NCBI GenBank assembly: GCA_025453925.1
Contig: JALOPK010000004.1
Location: 1-37,174, forward strand
Origin: Candidatus Eiseniibacteriota bacterium
GTDB lineage: Bacteria; JAFGKV01
Length of the DNA: 37,174 bases
Reading direction: 5' to 3'
A program made the translations under genes and the position numbers. Shown piece after piece: positions 18,663-27,793 of this stretch; positions within the stretch are counted from its first letter, which is position 1, and each line of letters begins with the position of its first letter. The notes beneath the pieces were generated by a model. It searched no databases and was not told the DNA's origin. It saw nothing but the letters and a program-made list of their open reading frames with translations.

Positions 18663-19520
18663 GTGATTCCCTTCGGCGGGGTGTCTATGCGGGCGGGCAC
18701 TCCCGCCCGCATCACGGTTGTTCCCTGCGGGTTCGAGGTGTCGACAACCTTCTACCAGGGAACGCGGTTCGGCCCGCGCAGGCTGCTGGAAGCAAGCACC
18801 GAGATGGAGTTGTTCGATCTGGAGCTGGGCTTCTCACCATGGGACGGCGGCATCACCACGCTGGAGGAGCCGCCGCTCTCCGATTCGGCGGGTCCTGTGG
18901 TCGACGCCTTGGCGAGTGTCATCGGAGAGCAGCTGGATGCGGGCCTCTTCCCGCTGCTTCTGGGAGGCGAACACACAGTGGCGGTCGGGGGAGCCCGGGC
19001 CGTGGCGCCACGGGTCCCGGGGGTCGGATTCCTCCACGTTGACGCCCATGCGGATTACCGCTTCACCTATCATGACAATCCCCTGAACCATGCCTGTGCT
19101 GCCAGGAGGCTGTCCGAGCTCGGCCCCGTGGTCATGGCCGGCATTCGAAGCGTCAGCGCCGAGGAGTGGGATGAATTGAGGGCCAGCTCCGACATCGCGG
19201 TGTTCCCCGCACATGAATTGCGGGAGCGGGGCTGGCAGGCGCGGGTCGTCGACGCCCTTCCTCCGGTCGTCTATCTGACCCTTGACCTCGACGGCCTCGA
19301 TCCGTCGGTGATTCCCGGAGTCGGCAATCCCGAACCAGGGGGCATCGGTTGGAACGAGTTCATCATCCTCCTGCATGAGCTTTTCGAGAACCGTCGCGTC
19401 GTGGGAGCGGATATCTGCGAGCTCAGGCCGATACCGGGAAGTCCCCAGTCGGAAAGCGCCGCCGCCCGTATCGCGCAGAGGATCTGCGGCCTCCACCTGC
19501 GCCAGATCCACGGCCGGTAG
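18663..19520 (+). CDS. speB: Agmatinase (ureohydrolase family)
   Basis: GTRFGP, LGGEHT, DAHAD, NHAC, DLDGLDP..PGVGNPEPGG and GADICEL motifs; abuts the pepA stop. Confidence 0.9.
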   Translation: MIPFGGVSMRAGTPARITVVPCGFEVSTTFYQGTRFGPRRLLEASTEMELFDLELGFSPWDGGITTLEEPPLSDSAGPVVDALASVIGEQLDAGLFPLLLGGEHTVAVGGARAVAPRVPGVGFLHVDAHADYRFTYHDNPLNHACAARRLSELGPVVMAGIRSVSAEEWDELRASSDIAVFPAHELRERGWQARVVDALPPVVYLTLDLDGLDPSVIPGVGNPEPGGIGWNEFIILLHELFENRRVVGADICELRPIPGSPQSESAAARIAQRICGLHLRQIHGR

Positions 19521-19534
19521 AGGGCAGGAGGGGA

Positions 19535-21142
19535 TCAGCGGGCCTGATCGGGCCCAGTGATCACGATCTCCCCCAAGGGAAACCGAAGTTCGCCCCTCGG
19601 CACACGGTGCGCATCGGCCGGCCCGGGGAGAAGCCGGCTCTCTCGATCCCCGGGAATCCACATGCCAGTGTACACGGTATAGCGTCCCGGCGGGGCATCG
19701 GCGGGCATCGCCACCCGTGTTGTCGCCACGGCCACCTCACCGACCGGCCAGTGCGCCGTAGCATCCCGCCGACCCTCTGGCCAGAAGTCGGCGACCTTGC
19801 GCCACCGGGGAGGCGCATCCAGATCCAGATGCAGGATCACGTGCATTCCCGGGAGGGGTTTGGTGGGCGCCCAGGCCGTCGAGATGGTAAGGGTGTCTCC
19901 CGCCGAGGCCGGGTCAGGCGCGCAATCCCACGACAGAAGCCATACCGTGTTACCCAGGACCACGCCGTCGCCGATCCGTCGTCCCGGGACGGGCGGAGGC
20001 GAGCCCGAGGCCAGCCCGAGCTCCATGTGGCGTGGGAACTCCCTTGCGCCGCGCAGGATCAACGCGTGCGCGGCTGCCTGCCCGGCCGACGGCTTTTCCG
20101 CCCGGGCAAGCCGGTACATGGTCTCACCCGACAGGCCCGCCGACGCCCCGGGCGCGAGGAGCTCCACGGCGAGGCTGTCTTCCCCGGCTTCATCGGCCAA
20201 CCATCCCGCCAGCTCCCGCACTTCCGGGCTCACGCGCGTCTGCTGCCGAAGAAGCTGCCGCGCCTGCGCCGCGTGTCCTCTCCGCCACAATTCAACAGCC
20301 ACCGGCCGAACGGCCTCGATCGGAAGTCCGGTGAGCAGGCAGTGCCCCGAGGCCTGGAGCCCCGCCAGATCCCTCCACAGGCCGAGGCTCATCGACGTCA
20401 GTTCCCGGCCTCGCGCACACGGGTTCTCCCGCGCGGGCCTGACCAGATAACCCTTTCCGAACGCGGCATGGGCGCCTTCCCGGTTTCCCGCATCCAGTTC
20501 GCGCCATCCGAGAGCCGCCCATGTTCCGCTCACCCATGGGTCGATCCTCAGCGCCTCACGGAGATCCTCGACCCTGGAGAAAGAGCGATCCTGCGCATAT
20601 CCGGTCGCACTCCGCGGCATGGTGCCCTCCCGCGCTGAGATGTCTCTTCCTGCAGCGGCGAGCACTACCATGACAAGCGCCAAGGGCATCGCGGGGGCTA
20701 AGCCCCACCGAAGGAATCGCGCGGATCGGACATCTCTCCCCAACCGCACGGCAAGCAGCCATGCCACCGCCATCGTCATGGGCAGCTGGGGCCGAGAAGT
20801 CAGCCGAAGCACAGCACCGAAGGACGCCATGGCGATGACCACCATCGCGCCACTTAGCACCCCCCAGTCCAAACCGGATTGAGGGCGTCGCACGCCGAGG
20901 AGGATCAACGCGAGCACTGCCGCGCCCATGATGCCCAGCGTGGCCGACGGCCCTGCGCCGGCTGCCAGGGCGGAGAAGCCCAGCAGCCATCCCGCCGTCA
21001 ACGCCCAAGGCGCCGCGCGGCGGGACAGCATCCATGCAATCAGCAGGCTCGCGGTGATCTGCCCGTCCGCGCCCCGGACGAAAGTGCCACTCCACCCCAT
21101 CAGCAGGGCAAGGGCCACAGCCGGCATTGCTCTGTTCATCAT
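19535..21142 (-). CDS. Membrane protein with TPR-like helices and a C-terminal Ig-like domain
   Basis: About 6-7 N-terminal TM segments, LREALRIDPW...AALG TPR-like repeats, and a C-terminal AGDTLTISTAW...W.VGEV...PADAPPGRYTVYTGMW domain of the kind seen on GT-C-associated proteins. Confidence 0.7.
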   Translation of the reverse strand: MMNRAMPAVALALLMGWSGTFVRGADGQITASLLIAWMLSRRAAPWALTAGWLLGFSALAAGAGPSATLGIMGAAVLALILLGVRRPQSGLDWGVLSGAMVVIAMASFGAVLRLTSRPQLPMTMAVAWLLAVRLGRDVRSARFLRWGLAPAMPLALVMVVLAAAGRDISAREGTMPRSATGYAQDRSFSRVEDLREALRIDPWVSGTWAALGWRELDAGNREGAHAAFGKGYLVRPARENPCARGRELTSMSLGLWRDLAGLQASGHCLLTGLPIEAVRPVAVELWRRGHAAQARQLLRQQTRVSPEVRELAGWLADEAGEDSLAVELLAPGASAGLSGETMYRLARAEKPSAGQAAAHALILRGAREFPRHMELGLASGSPPPVPGRRIGDGVVLGNTVWLLSWDCAPDPASAGDTLTISTAWAPTKPLPGMHVILHLDLDAPPRWRKVADFWPEGRRDATAHWPVGEVAVATTRVAMPADAPPGRYTVYTGMWIPGDRESRLLPGPADAHRVPRGELRFPLGEIVITGPDQAR

Positions 21143-21255
21143 CCTTCCCTCAGCACAACCGCTTCGTTACTTTCGATCCATGTTCGAGAATCCCGAATCG
21201 TGAGGAATGCAAGATAGGCTGGTCGACCATCATTCGCATACTCCTGCTCGGCGCC

Positions 21256-22257
21256 ATGGCAATGGCCGCGCAGCAGGCGCCATGGCCAGGTGCTCCCGAC
21301 CTCCAGGGATACGTCCCGGCTGCTGCCGGAGCGGCCCTGGTCGTGGGGTTGGTCACCGGCGAGCTGCGGTTCCGGGCACTGCGCATGCCGCCGGCCCTGG
21401 CCCTGTTGCTCAGTCTGGGCGCACTGAGCGCGCTGACCTCCCCGGCGCCGTGGATAGCGATACCCGCGTTCATCGAGAAGACGCTCTGGGTAGTGGGAGC
21501 CGTGTTGCTCGTGTCCCTCTTCTCTCCCGCACCGGCGCGGCGGGCAGCCCTCCCCGTTCTCGTGCTCCTGACGTTCGAGCAGATAGCCATGGCCCTGCAC
21601 CAGTCGATCTCACTTCGACGCGAAGCATGGGGCTCCCTTGGCACCCCTAATGCACTAGCCCGCTACGTGCTGATGGTCTGGCCGTTAGTCGCTCTGCCGC
21701 TTTTGGCCTCCGGCAAGGCTCTCCTCCGGCTGAGCGGCTTGCTCCTCGGCGGAGCACTGTCGGTGGTGCTGGTGCTGTCATCCTCCCGCATGGCCTGGGT
21801 CGCATTCAGCGTCCAGTGGTTGCTCATCGTCGTGCGCTGGAGGCCGAAGATCGGCGTGGGCGTGGCCATTGCCGCTCTTATCGGGATGATCGTGTTCTGG
21901 CACGGGTCCCTGATCCGGGCAGACGATATGCAGCGCATCATGGCGTGGAAGACTGCGCTGGCCCTCGCGCTGCAGCACCCGCTGCTCGGCACGGGTCTCG
22001 GCACCTTCGGCTCGTATTACCAGCTTGTGCCCCCCTCACCCACCGCCGACGCGCTCCAGACGCCGCACAACCTGCTCCTCCACTTGGCGTGCGAGTTGGG
22101 ACTCATGTCCATCCCGCTCCTGATGTGGCTCATGGCGGCCGGCTGGTGGCACCTCGTGTCTGCGGAGCGCCGCGTCGACCGGTTCGATGGCGCGTTCCTC
22201 CTTGCTGCCCGAGTCATCATTGTTGGCCTGGCGGTTCAGTCGCTGGTGGAATACTGA
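21256..22257 (+). CDS. O-antigen ligase / Wzy_C-like membrane protein (start uncertain, may extend ~40 nt upstream)
   Basis: GSLGTPNALARY, LSSSRMAW, RIMAWKTAL...HPLLGTGLGTF and PHNLLLHLACELG motifs. Confidence 0.85.
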   Translation: MAMAAQQAPWPGAPDLQGYVPAAAGAALVVGLVTGELRFRALRMPPALALLLSLGALSALTSPAPWIAIPAFIEKTLWVVGAVLLVSLFSPAPARRAALPVLVLLTFEQIAMALHQSISLRREAWGSLGTPNALARYVLMVWPLVALPLLASGKALLRLSGLLLGGALSVVLVLSSSRMAWVAFSVQWLLIVVRWRPKIGVGVAIAALIGMIVFWHGSLIRADDMQRIMAWKTALALALQHPLLGTGLGTFGSYYQLVPPSPTADALQTPHNLLLHLACELGLMSIPLLMWLMAAGWWHLVSAERRVDRFDGAFLLAARVIIVGLAVQSLVEY

Positions 22258-22264
22258 GGTGGAG

Positions 22265-23833
22265 GTGCTCCATAGCCTGTCGCGTCCGCGGTTTCTCGTA
22301 TTCGTCGTGACCTGCGCCGTGCTGCTCCGTCTACCCGCGCTTATCCTGCCCATCATCGACACCGACGAAGCAGGGCATGGCGTCTGCGCCCGCGAGCTGC
22401 TTGAGGGCGGAAGGCTCTACGTCGACTATGCCGACAACAAGCCGCCCCTGTTGTATTGGATCTACACGGCAGTCATGGCCATCGGCGGTCGCAGCGTCCT
22501 GGCGGTGCACTGGGTCGGCCTGGCCTGGATTCTCGTGGGAGCGTGGGCGACGGGCCTTCTCGTACTCCGGACGGGATTCGGTAATGACGCGCGGAGGTGG
22601 GCGGTGCTCGCCTACATCGTCGGCTCATCGGTCTATCTGCCGAACGACATGCTCGCCACCAACGGTGAGCAGCTCATGAACCCGTTTCTCGTCCTGGCAG
22701 TCCTGGCGTGGTGGGACGGGCGGAGACCGCTGCTGTCGGGTATCCTGGCCGGTCTGCTGGGATTCGCCGGCGGGCTCTGCTATCAGAAGGGATGGATCGT
22801 GCTGCCCGTCTTGGGGGCCTGGGGTCTGTGGCGTATGGCGCGAACGCCGGAACGCCGAGATTGGTTGACGCGTCTTGCCGGGCTTGCCGGCGGTGGAGTG
22901 CTGGGCACCGGTGCCGTGGGTGCCATACTGGCGGGCCAGGGGGTCCTTGACGAGGCGCTGTACTGGAACTTCGGCTCGAACCTGCGGTACATCGGTGCCG
23001 GTTCGGGCATTGCTTCGTTTTCGCTGGAGGATGCACAGCCTCACGGCACCATCCGCGTGGCGTTCTACGTGCTGGCCAATCTCCTGCCCTTGCGGGCGAT
23101 CTGGATGGGATTCCGTCACGGTTGGGGTTCGTTCACTGCACGGCAACGGGATCTTCTGGCATTCCTTCTGATCTGGCTGGGCGCATCCTTCGCGGCCCTG
23201 AGCCTGGGCGGCCGCTACTTCGGCCACTACTTCCTCCAGACGGTTCCTGCCTGGAGCGCGCTGTTTGGTGTCACGTTCCCCCTTGTGGCTCAGCGCGTGG
23301 ATCCGAAGCGGTTCCGCCGGTTGCTGCGGTCCGGCTTTCCCCTCGCAGGGCTCGCCGTGTTCTCCCTCGCGTGGGTCGCCATAGGAGGCCTTGAGTCGCA
23401 GCATCCGCTGCTGCGCGACCTCGCAATGCACGCCTCCTCCCACACGCACCCCGGCGATCGGATCTTTGTCTGGGGCTATGCGTCCCCTGTGTACTACTAT
23501 GCGGATCGCCAACCTGGCGCCCGGTTCGTGTATCCTCAGTCCCTGGCGGGCTATGTCCCCGGTGTTCCTTCGAGCCTGAGACAGGACACCGACCCCTTGC
23601 CCTTCGTGGTGTGGAAGAACTGGCCGATCGCACTTGAGGACCTGCGGGCCAAACGCCCGGCGATCATCTACGACACTGCTCCGGCCCGATTCCACTACTG
23701 GGGCAAGTTTCCCGTCAGCCTCTATCCATTGGGGGCCATGCTGGATTCGCTCTACGCGCCCGTCGACGCCATCGGGGGAGTGGTCGCATACCAGCGCATC
23801 CACGGGATTCCACTGACTTCCGAGGCGGATTAG
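22265..23833 (+). CDS. ArnT/PMT-like (GT-C) membrane glycosyltransferase
   Basis: TM1 then DTDEAGH...LLEGGRLYVDYADNKPPLLY, ATNGEQLMN, GRYFGHYFLQ and HPGDRIFVWG...YYYADR motifs. GTG start at 22259 or 22265. Confidence 0.85.
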   Translation: MLHSLSRPRFLVFVVTCAVLLRLPALILPIIDTDEAGHGVCARELLEGGRLYVDYADNKPPLLYWIYTAVMAIGGRSVLAVHWVGLAWILVGAWATGLLVLRTGFGNDARRWAVLAYIVGSSVYLPNDMLATNGEQLMNPFLVLAVLAWWDGRRPLLSGILAGLLGFAGGLCYQKGWIVLPVLGAWGLWRMARTPERRDWLTRLAGLAGGGVLGTGAVGAILAGQGVLDEALYWNFGSNLRYIGAGSGIASFSLEDAQPHGTIRVAFYVLANLLPLRAIWMGFRHGWGSFTARQRDLLAFLLIWLGASFAALSLGGRYFGHYFLQTVPAWSALFGVTFPLVAQRVDPKRFRRLLRSGFPLAGLAVFSLAWVAIGGLESQHPLLRDLAMHASSHTHPGDRIFVWGYASPVYYYADRQPGARFVYPQSLAGYVPGVPSSLRQDTDPLPFVVWKNWPIALEDLRAKRPAIIYDTAPARFHYWGKFPVSLYPLGAMLDSLYAPVDAIGGVVAYQRIHGIPLTSEAD

Positions 23834-24008
23834 GGGGTACGACCGCCGACATCAAGACGGCCCCACGTCAGGTCGAGTCAGTCGTCATTGACATCCCCCC
23901 GGGTGACGCGGTGGTGTGTCAACTCGTCCAGGCGGGCAGAGTGAACCTTCTCCCGTTCCAAGTCATAGGCAAGGTGCGACACGTACCGGTCCACTCCAAG
24001 GGAGTCCC

Positions 24009-24593
24009 ATGAGCGACGATCACGATGAACGGCTTCTTCGGGAGTTCCAGTCCGGCGACGAGGGAGCGTTCGATCGATTGGTGCGTCGCCACCAGGACGT
24101 GATCTACCGCCTGGCCCTGCGGCACCTGTGCGACGAGGATCTGGCAGTGGAGGCGACACAGGAGGTGTTCATCCGTGCATGGAGGAAGTTGCCGCGATGG
24201 AAACCGGGGCCGGGAAGCGTCTTCACCTGGCCGTATCGAACGACCACCATGGTGTGCCGCGAACTCGGACGCGGGAGACAGCGACTTCGCCTGGGCAGAC
24301 CGCTGTGCGACGTCGGGGATATCCCCGACGACCGCGGGCTCCTGGCGCGTGACACCGAGGAAGCTGTGGCACGGCTCCAATCCCTTGTGAGACGGCTCCC
24401 TCCGCGGCAGCAGGATGTGGTCTGGCTCCATGCCTATGAAGGCTTGGCCCTCAAAGACGTGGCTGCTGCTCTCGGCATTCCTCTGGGAACCGTGAAGAGC
24501 AACTACCATAAGGCCCTCTGTTCGCTAAGGGTGTGGTGGAGCATCCTCGATGATGCCGGGATGTCGGTTCCACCAACGGGAGGTGTCCGGTGA
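24009..24593 (+). CDS. ECF RNA polymerase sigma factor
   Basis: GDEGAFDRLVRRHQ, EATQEVFIRAW and LPPRQQDVVWL...VAAALGIPLGTVKS motifs; GGAG RBS. Confidence 0.93.
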   Translation: MSDDHDERLLREFQSGDEGAFDRLVRRHQDVIYRLALRHLCDEDLAVEATQEVFIRAWRKLPRWKPGPGSVFTWPYRTTTMVCRELGRGRQRLRLGRPLCDVGDIPDDRGLLARDTEEAVARLQSLVRRLPPRQQDVVWLHAYEGLALKDVAAALGIPLGTVKSNYHKALCSLRVWWSILDDAGMSVPPTGGVR

Positions 24594-25129
24594 CGGTTCA
24601 TGAACGCCACCTCGACGAGGAGACCATGGCGTCGTTCGTCCGAGGAGAAAGCGATGAAGAGGCGACACATGTCATCTCGCAGCATGTGAGAGAGTGCCCA
24701 CTCTGCGTGTCCAGGATCGCTGATCTGACTGCGATCCTCAACACGTTCGACATCCTTGGAGGGATTCACCGGCAATCCCGGTACCCAGGCGACCTGGCCT
24801 CCGAGCTCCGGAAGAGCCGCATGATCCGTGCTGAGGTCCACCCACACATTGCGTGGCCGCTTCATGCCGCGGCCGCGGCGGTCGTAGCGATTGTGTCGCT
24901 GGTCGTGCTTCACCAGAGGCCACCTGACCGCCAGCTACCCAGCCGTGCGCACCTGCACCTCGCCTTGCCGGTGAGCCCTGGCAGCATGCCGAGCCTGTCC
25001 CGGCTTGCCCATGCGAAACCGGACGTCCGCGCCTCGCTCTCGATGATCTCAGTCCCTACAGGAGTGCCAACGCGGCCGCCCGGCCGCTTGGCGCCTCCGA
25101 GGATTCCCAGGAAAGGAGACCACGTATGA
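24590..25129 (+). CDS. Putative zinc-finger (HxxxCxxC) anti-sigma factor
   Basis: HLDEE...HVRECPLC, a single TM helix and a Pro-rich tail; GTGA coupling to the sigma gene. Confidence 0.8.
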   Translation: MTVHERHLDEETMASFVRGESDEEATHVISQHVRECPLCVSRIADLTAILNTFDILGGIHRQSRYPGDLASELRKSRMIRAEVHPHIAWPLHAAAAAVVAIVSLVVLHQRPPDRQLPSRAHLHLALPVSPGSMPSLSRLAHAKPDVRASLSMISVPTGVPTRPPGRLAPPRIPRKGDHV

Positions 25130-25584
25130 ACCACCAACCCCGAATCATCCCAGCGCTTGGGTTGACACTCATGACGCTACTCGCACTCGGCTCCTCACCA
25201 GCCGCCGCTGCTGGCCACGAACCGTCACCGGAGGTTCTGGCGATGCAGGACTTCATGGATCTGATGGAGCAGTACATAGTGCTCACGGAGCAGTTCCAGC
25301 ACATCTCCGCCGACGGGGAGAGAGCCGCCGGGTTCGCGGTGTTCCAGCTCAAGGATCTGTGTCAGGAAACGAAGGGGTCGGACGAGGCGATCAAACTCTT
25401 CAAGAATCTTCTCAAGAAGACCGAGAACAACACGATCCAGAACCTCATCAGCCTCCAGCTCGCCGAGATGCTCAAGGATCGCGGTCGCCGGGATGAAGCC
25501 ATTCAGGTGCTGACGCAAGTGGTTCTCGACAACTGCAAGCGACTCGGCGCACACGAGGCGCAGGAGGGGCCGAAGTCCAAGTAG
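25126..25584 (+). CDS. Exported helical (TPR-like) hypothetical protein
   Basis: AAGGAG RBS, ATGA overlap, signal peptide ending AAAAG and a LQLAEMLKDRGRRDEAIQVL TPR-like helix pair. Confidence 0.75.
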   Translation: MNHQPRIIPALGLTLMTLLALGSSPAAAAGHEPSPEVLAMQDFMDLMEQYIVLTEQFQHISADGERAAGFAVFQLKDLCQETKGSDEAIKLFKNLLKKTENNTIQNLISLQLAEMLKDRGRRDEAIQVLTQVVLDNCKRLGAHEAQEGPKSK

Positions 25585-25591
25585 CCGCCTC

Positions 25592-25624
25592 GGTCGGTGC
25601 GCGGAGCTCTTCCGCGCACCGACC
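25592..25624 (+). terminator. Terminator-like hairpin closing the first ECF operon
   Basis: Perfect 14-bp stem GGTCGGTGCGCGGA / TCCGCGCACCGACC, 7 nt after the stop; no U-tract. Confidence 0.6.
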
Positions 25625-25867
25625 ACCCCCCTCTTCGCACACCCATCGTCCGAAATCGGACAGCCTCGTCCTTTCCCGCCTGCGTGTGCGCCCCAGTTGC
25701 CCTGCCAGTCCGATATGTGATGCCGTGCATCCCACGACCATGAGGCGTTGTCGAGGCCCATGGGCGTGGTTCTTGCTGAGATAACCCACACTGTGTATGG
25801 CAGGTGGGCTCGCGTTCATGCAGTGCGCGATAGACCTGGTTCGCGTCCCTTGAGCAAGGAGATGGTG

Positions 25868-27724
25868 ATGAGATCAATGCTGTGGGTGTGCGGCGGTTGT
25901 TCCCTCCTGATCATGACTGCCGCCTCCTTCGCCGACACCGTACCATTCGATTCCCCACAGTGGGTGCTGGAGAACACCGAGATAGTCGAGCACCTGGGCA
26001 GAACAAGCCTGAAGGGCGCGGCATACCTGCCCGATGTGGAGTTCGCGAATGGGATCATCGAGGTGGATCTGGCGGTAACCAATGACCGTTCCTATCCGGG
26101 AATCATGTTCCGGCGGCACTCCGACGGGAACTACGAGGAGTTCTACATGAGGCCGCACCGATCGAAGTTCTACCCCGATGTACTCCAGTATGCGCCGACC
26201 TTCAACGGCATCTCCGAGTGGCAACTCTACAGTGGCCCCGGCTTCACCGCGGGGGCCGTTCTCCCGCGGGATCAGTGGATCCACCTCAGGCTGGAGGTGC
26301 TCGGCAGCCAGGCCCGGGTGTTCATCGACTCGGCCGCGACGCCTGCCCTGGAGATCCCTGAGCTCCAGCACGGCGTCAGTCGGGGAGCTATCGGCCTCAC
26401 AGGTCCGCGAGACGGCACTGCGCACTTCTCGAACTTCCGCTACGAGCTGACCGACAGCCTCGGCTTCGATCCTCCCGATGTGCGAGGTGCGCCCTACGGC
26501 ATGATCGCCGACTGGGAGTTGACGCAAGCGTTCAACGCGGGGCAGGTCGACCTGGAGCGAACGCCTGAGGCGCAGGGTCTCTCGGGCATCGTGTGGACGC
26601 CGGTGCGAGCCCTCTCCACGGGGCTCGTCGACATCGCGAGGCACACGGGGAGAACGACCAGAGTGGCGGACTGCGTTTTCGCCCGCACCACCATCCGGTC
26701 CGAGCAATTGCGCACGATGCGGCTGCGCTTCGGCTACAGTGACGCGGTGACCGTCTTCCTCAATGGTTCACCCGTCTTCTCAGGAAGCAGCACGTATCAA
26801 GGCAGGGACCCCTCATTCCTCGGAATCGTCGGGCTCAACGATGAGGTCTACCTGCCGCTTCTCGAGGGTGAGAACGAACTGGTGTGTGCGGTCGCTGAGT
26901 CGTTCGGGGGTTGGGGGTTCATGTGCCAGGACGCTGACGCTGTTTTCGTGCACAATGCGCTGAGCGCGGCCTGGGAGCTCCCCCGTACGCTGCGGATGCC
27001 CGAGTCTGTCGTGTACGATCCCGCGCGCGACGTCCTCTATGTCTCCAACTACTTCAACGACGGTCAGGAGTTCCTCTCGAAGTTCCGGCCTGATGGTACG
27101 CTCGAGATCCTGGAATGGGTCACAGGACTCAACATGCCCACAGGGCTGTGCCTTAGGGGCGACACCCTCTACGTGGCAGAGCGCAGGACAATCGCCAAGG
27201 TCGACGTCACTACTGGTGTGGTCACAGCGCATGTTCCCGTTCCCGACGCGGTATTCCTCAACGATCTCGACTTCGATGCCGAGGGCAGCCTCTACGTGTC
27301 GGACTCCCGCGGCAACAAGGTGCACCGGCTCAAGGGCGGGGTGTTTGAGACATGGCTGGAGGCAGGCGAGATCCGCGACCCCAACGGGCTTTGCATCGAC
27401 GGTAACGAACTGCTGCTGGGTAACTCCGGTGATGGCTCGCTGAAGGCTATCGATCTGTCCACGAAGGAGATCCGCACCGTCGCCCGATTCGGAGCGGGGT
27501 CCGTCATGGACGGGCTTCACCTTGACGGCCGGGACAACTACCTCGTGTCCGACTTCAATGGCCGGCTCTTCAGGGTATCGCCGGGCGGTGCAACCGAGCT
27601 CCTGTTGAATACCTCTGCCCCACAGCGTTTCTGCGCGGACTTCGCGTACATCCGTGAGTTGAAGCTGCTCGTGATTCCGACCCTGTACGACAACCAAGTG
27701 ATCGCGTATCATGCGGATCTGTGA
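25868..27724 (+). CDS. Exported protein: DUF1080-like beta-sandwich, PA14-like domain and SMP-30/gluconolactonase-like propeller
   Basis: AAGGAG RBS and signal peptide; FANGIIEVDL...YEEFYMRPH...GAIGL...AHFSNF; FGYSDAVTVFLNG...GENEL; PESVVYD...LYVSN, FLNDL..D..G.LYVSDS, PNGL and DGL motifs. Confidence 0.8.
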   Translation: MRSMLWVCGGCSLLIMTAASFADTVPFDSPQWVLENTEIVEHLGRTSLKGAAYLPDVEFANGIIEVDLAVTNDRSYPGIMFRRHSDGNYEEFYMRPHRSKFYPDVLQYAPTFNGISEWQLYSGPGFTAGAVLPRDQWIHLRLEVLGSQARVFIDSAATPALEIPELQHGVSRGAIGLTGPRDGTAHFSNFRYELTDSLGFDPPDVRGAPYGMIADWELTQAFNAGQVDLERTPEAQGLSGIVWTPVRALSTGLVDIARHTGRTTRVADCVFARTTIRSEQLRTMRLRFGYSDAVTVFLNGSPVFSGSSTYQGRDPSFLGIVGLNDEVYLPLLEGENELVCAVAESFGGWGFMCQDADAVFVHNALSAAWELPRTLRMPESVVYDPARDVLYVSNYFNDGQEFLSKFRPDGTLEILEWVTGLNMPTGLCLRGDTLYVAERRTIAKVDVTTGVVTAHVPVPDAVFLNDLDFDAEGSLYVSDSRGNKVHRLKGGVFETWLEAGEIRDPNGLCIDGNELLLGNSGDGSLKAIDLSTKEIRTVARFGAGSVMDGLHLDGRDNYLVSDFNGRLFRVSPGGATELLLNTSAPQRFCADFAYIRELKLLVIPTLYDNQVIAYHADL

Positions 27725-27793
27725 CCGGCCGAAGGACTCGCCCGGAGTGCTGCGATCCTCCGGAGTGGCCGCCCACAGACCTTTGACGATCAT

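Noticed and set aside
23942-23967. ECF promoter TGAACC...GTCATA before the first sigma gene
   Set aside because: The spacer is about 2 bp shorter than typical ECF promoters.
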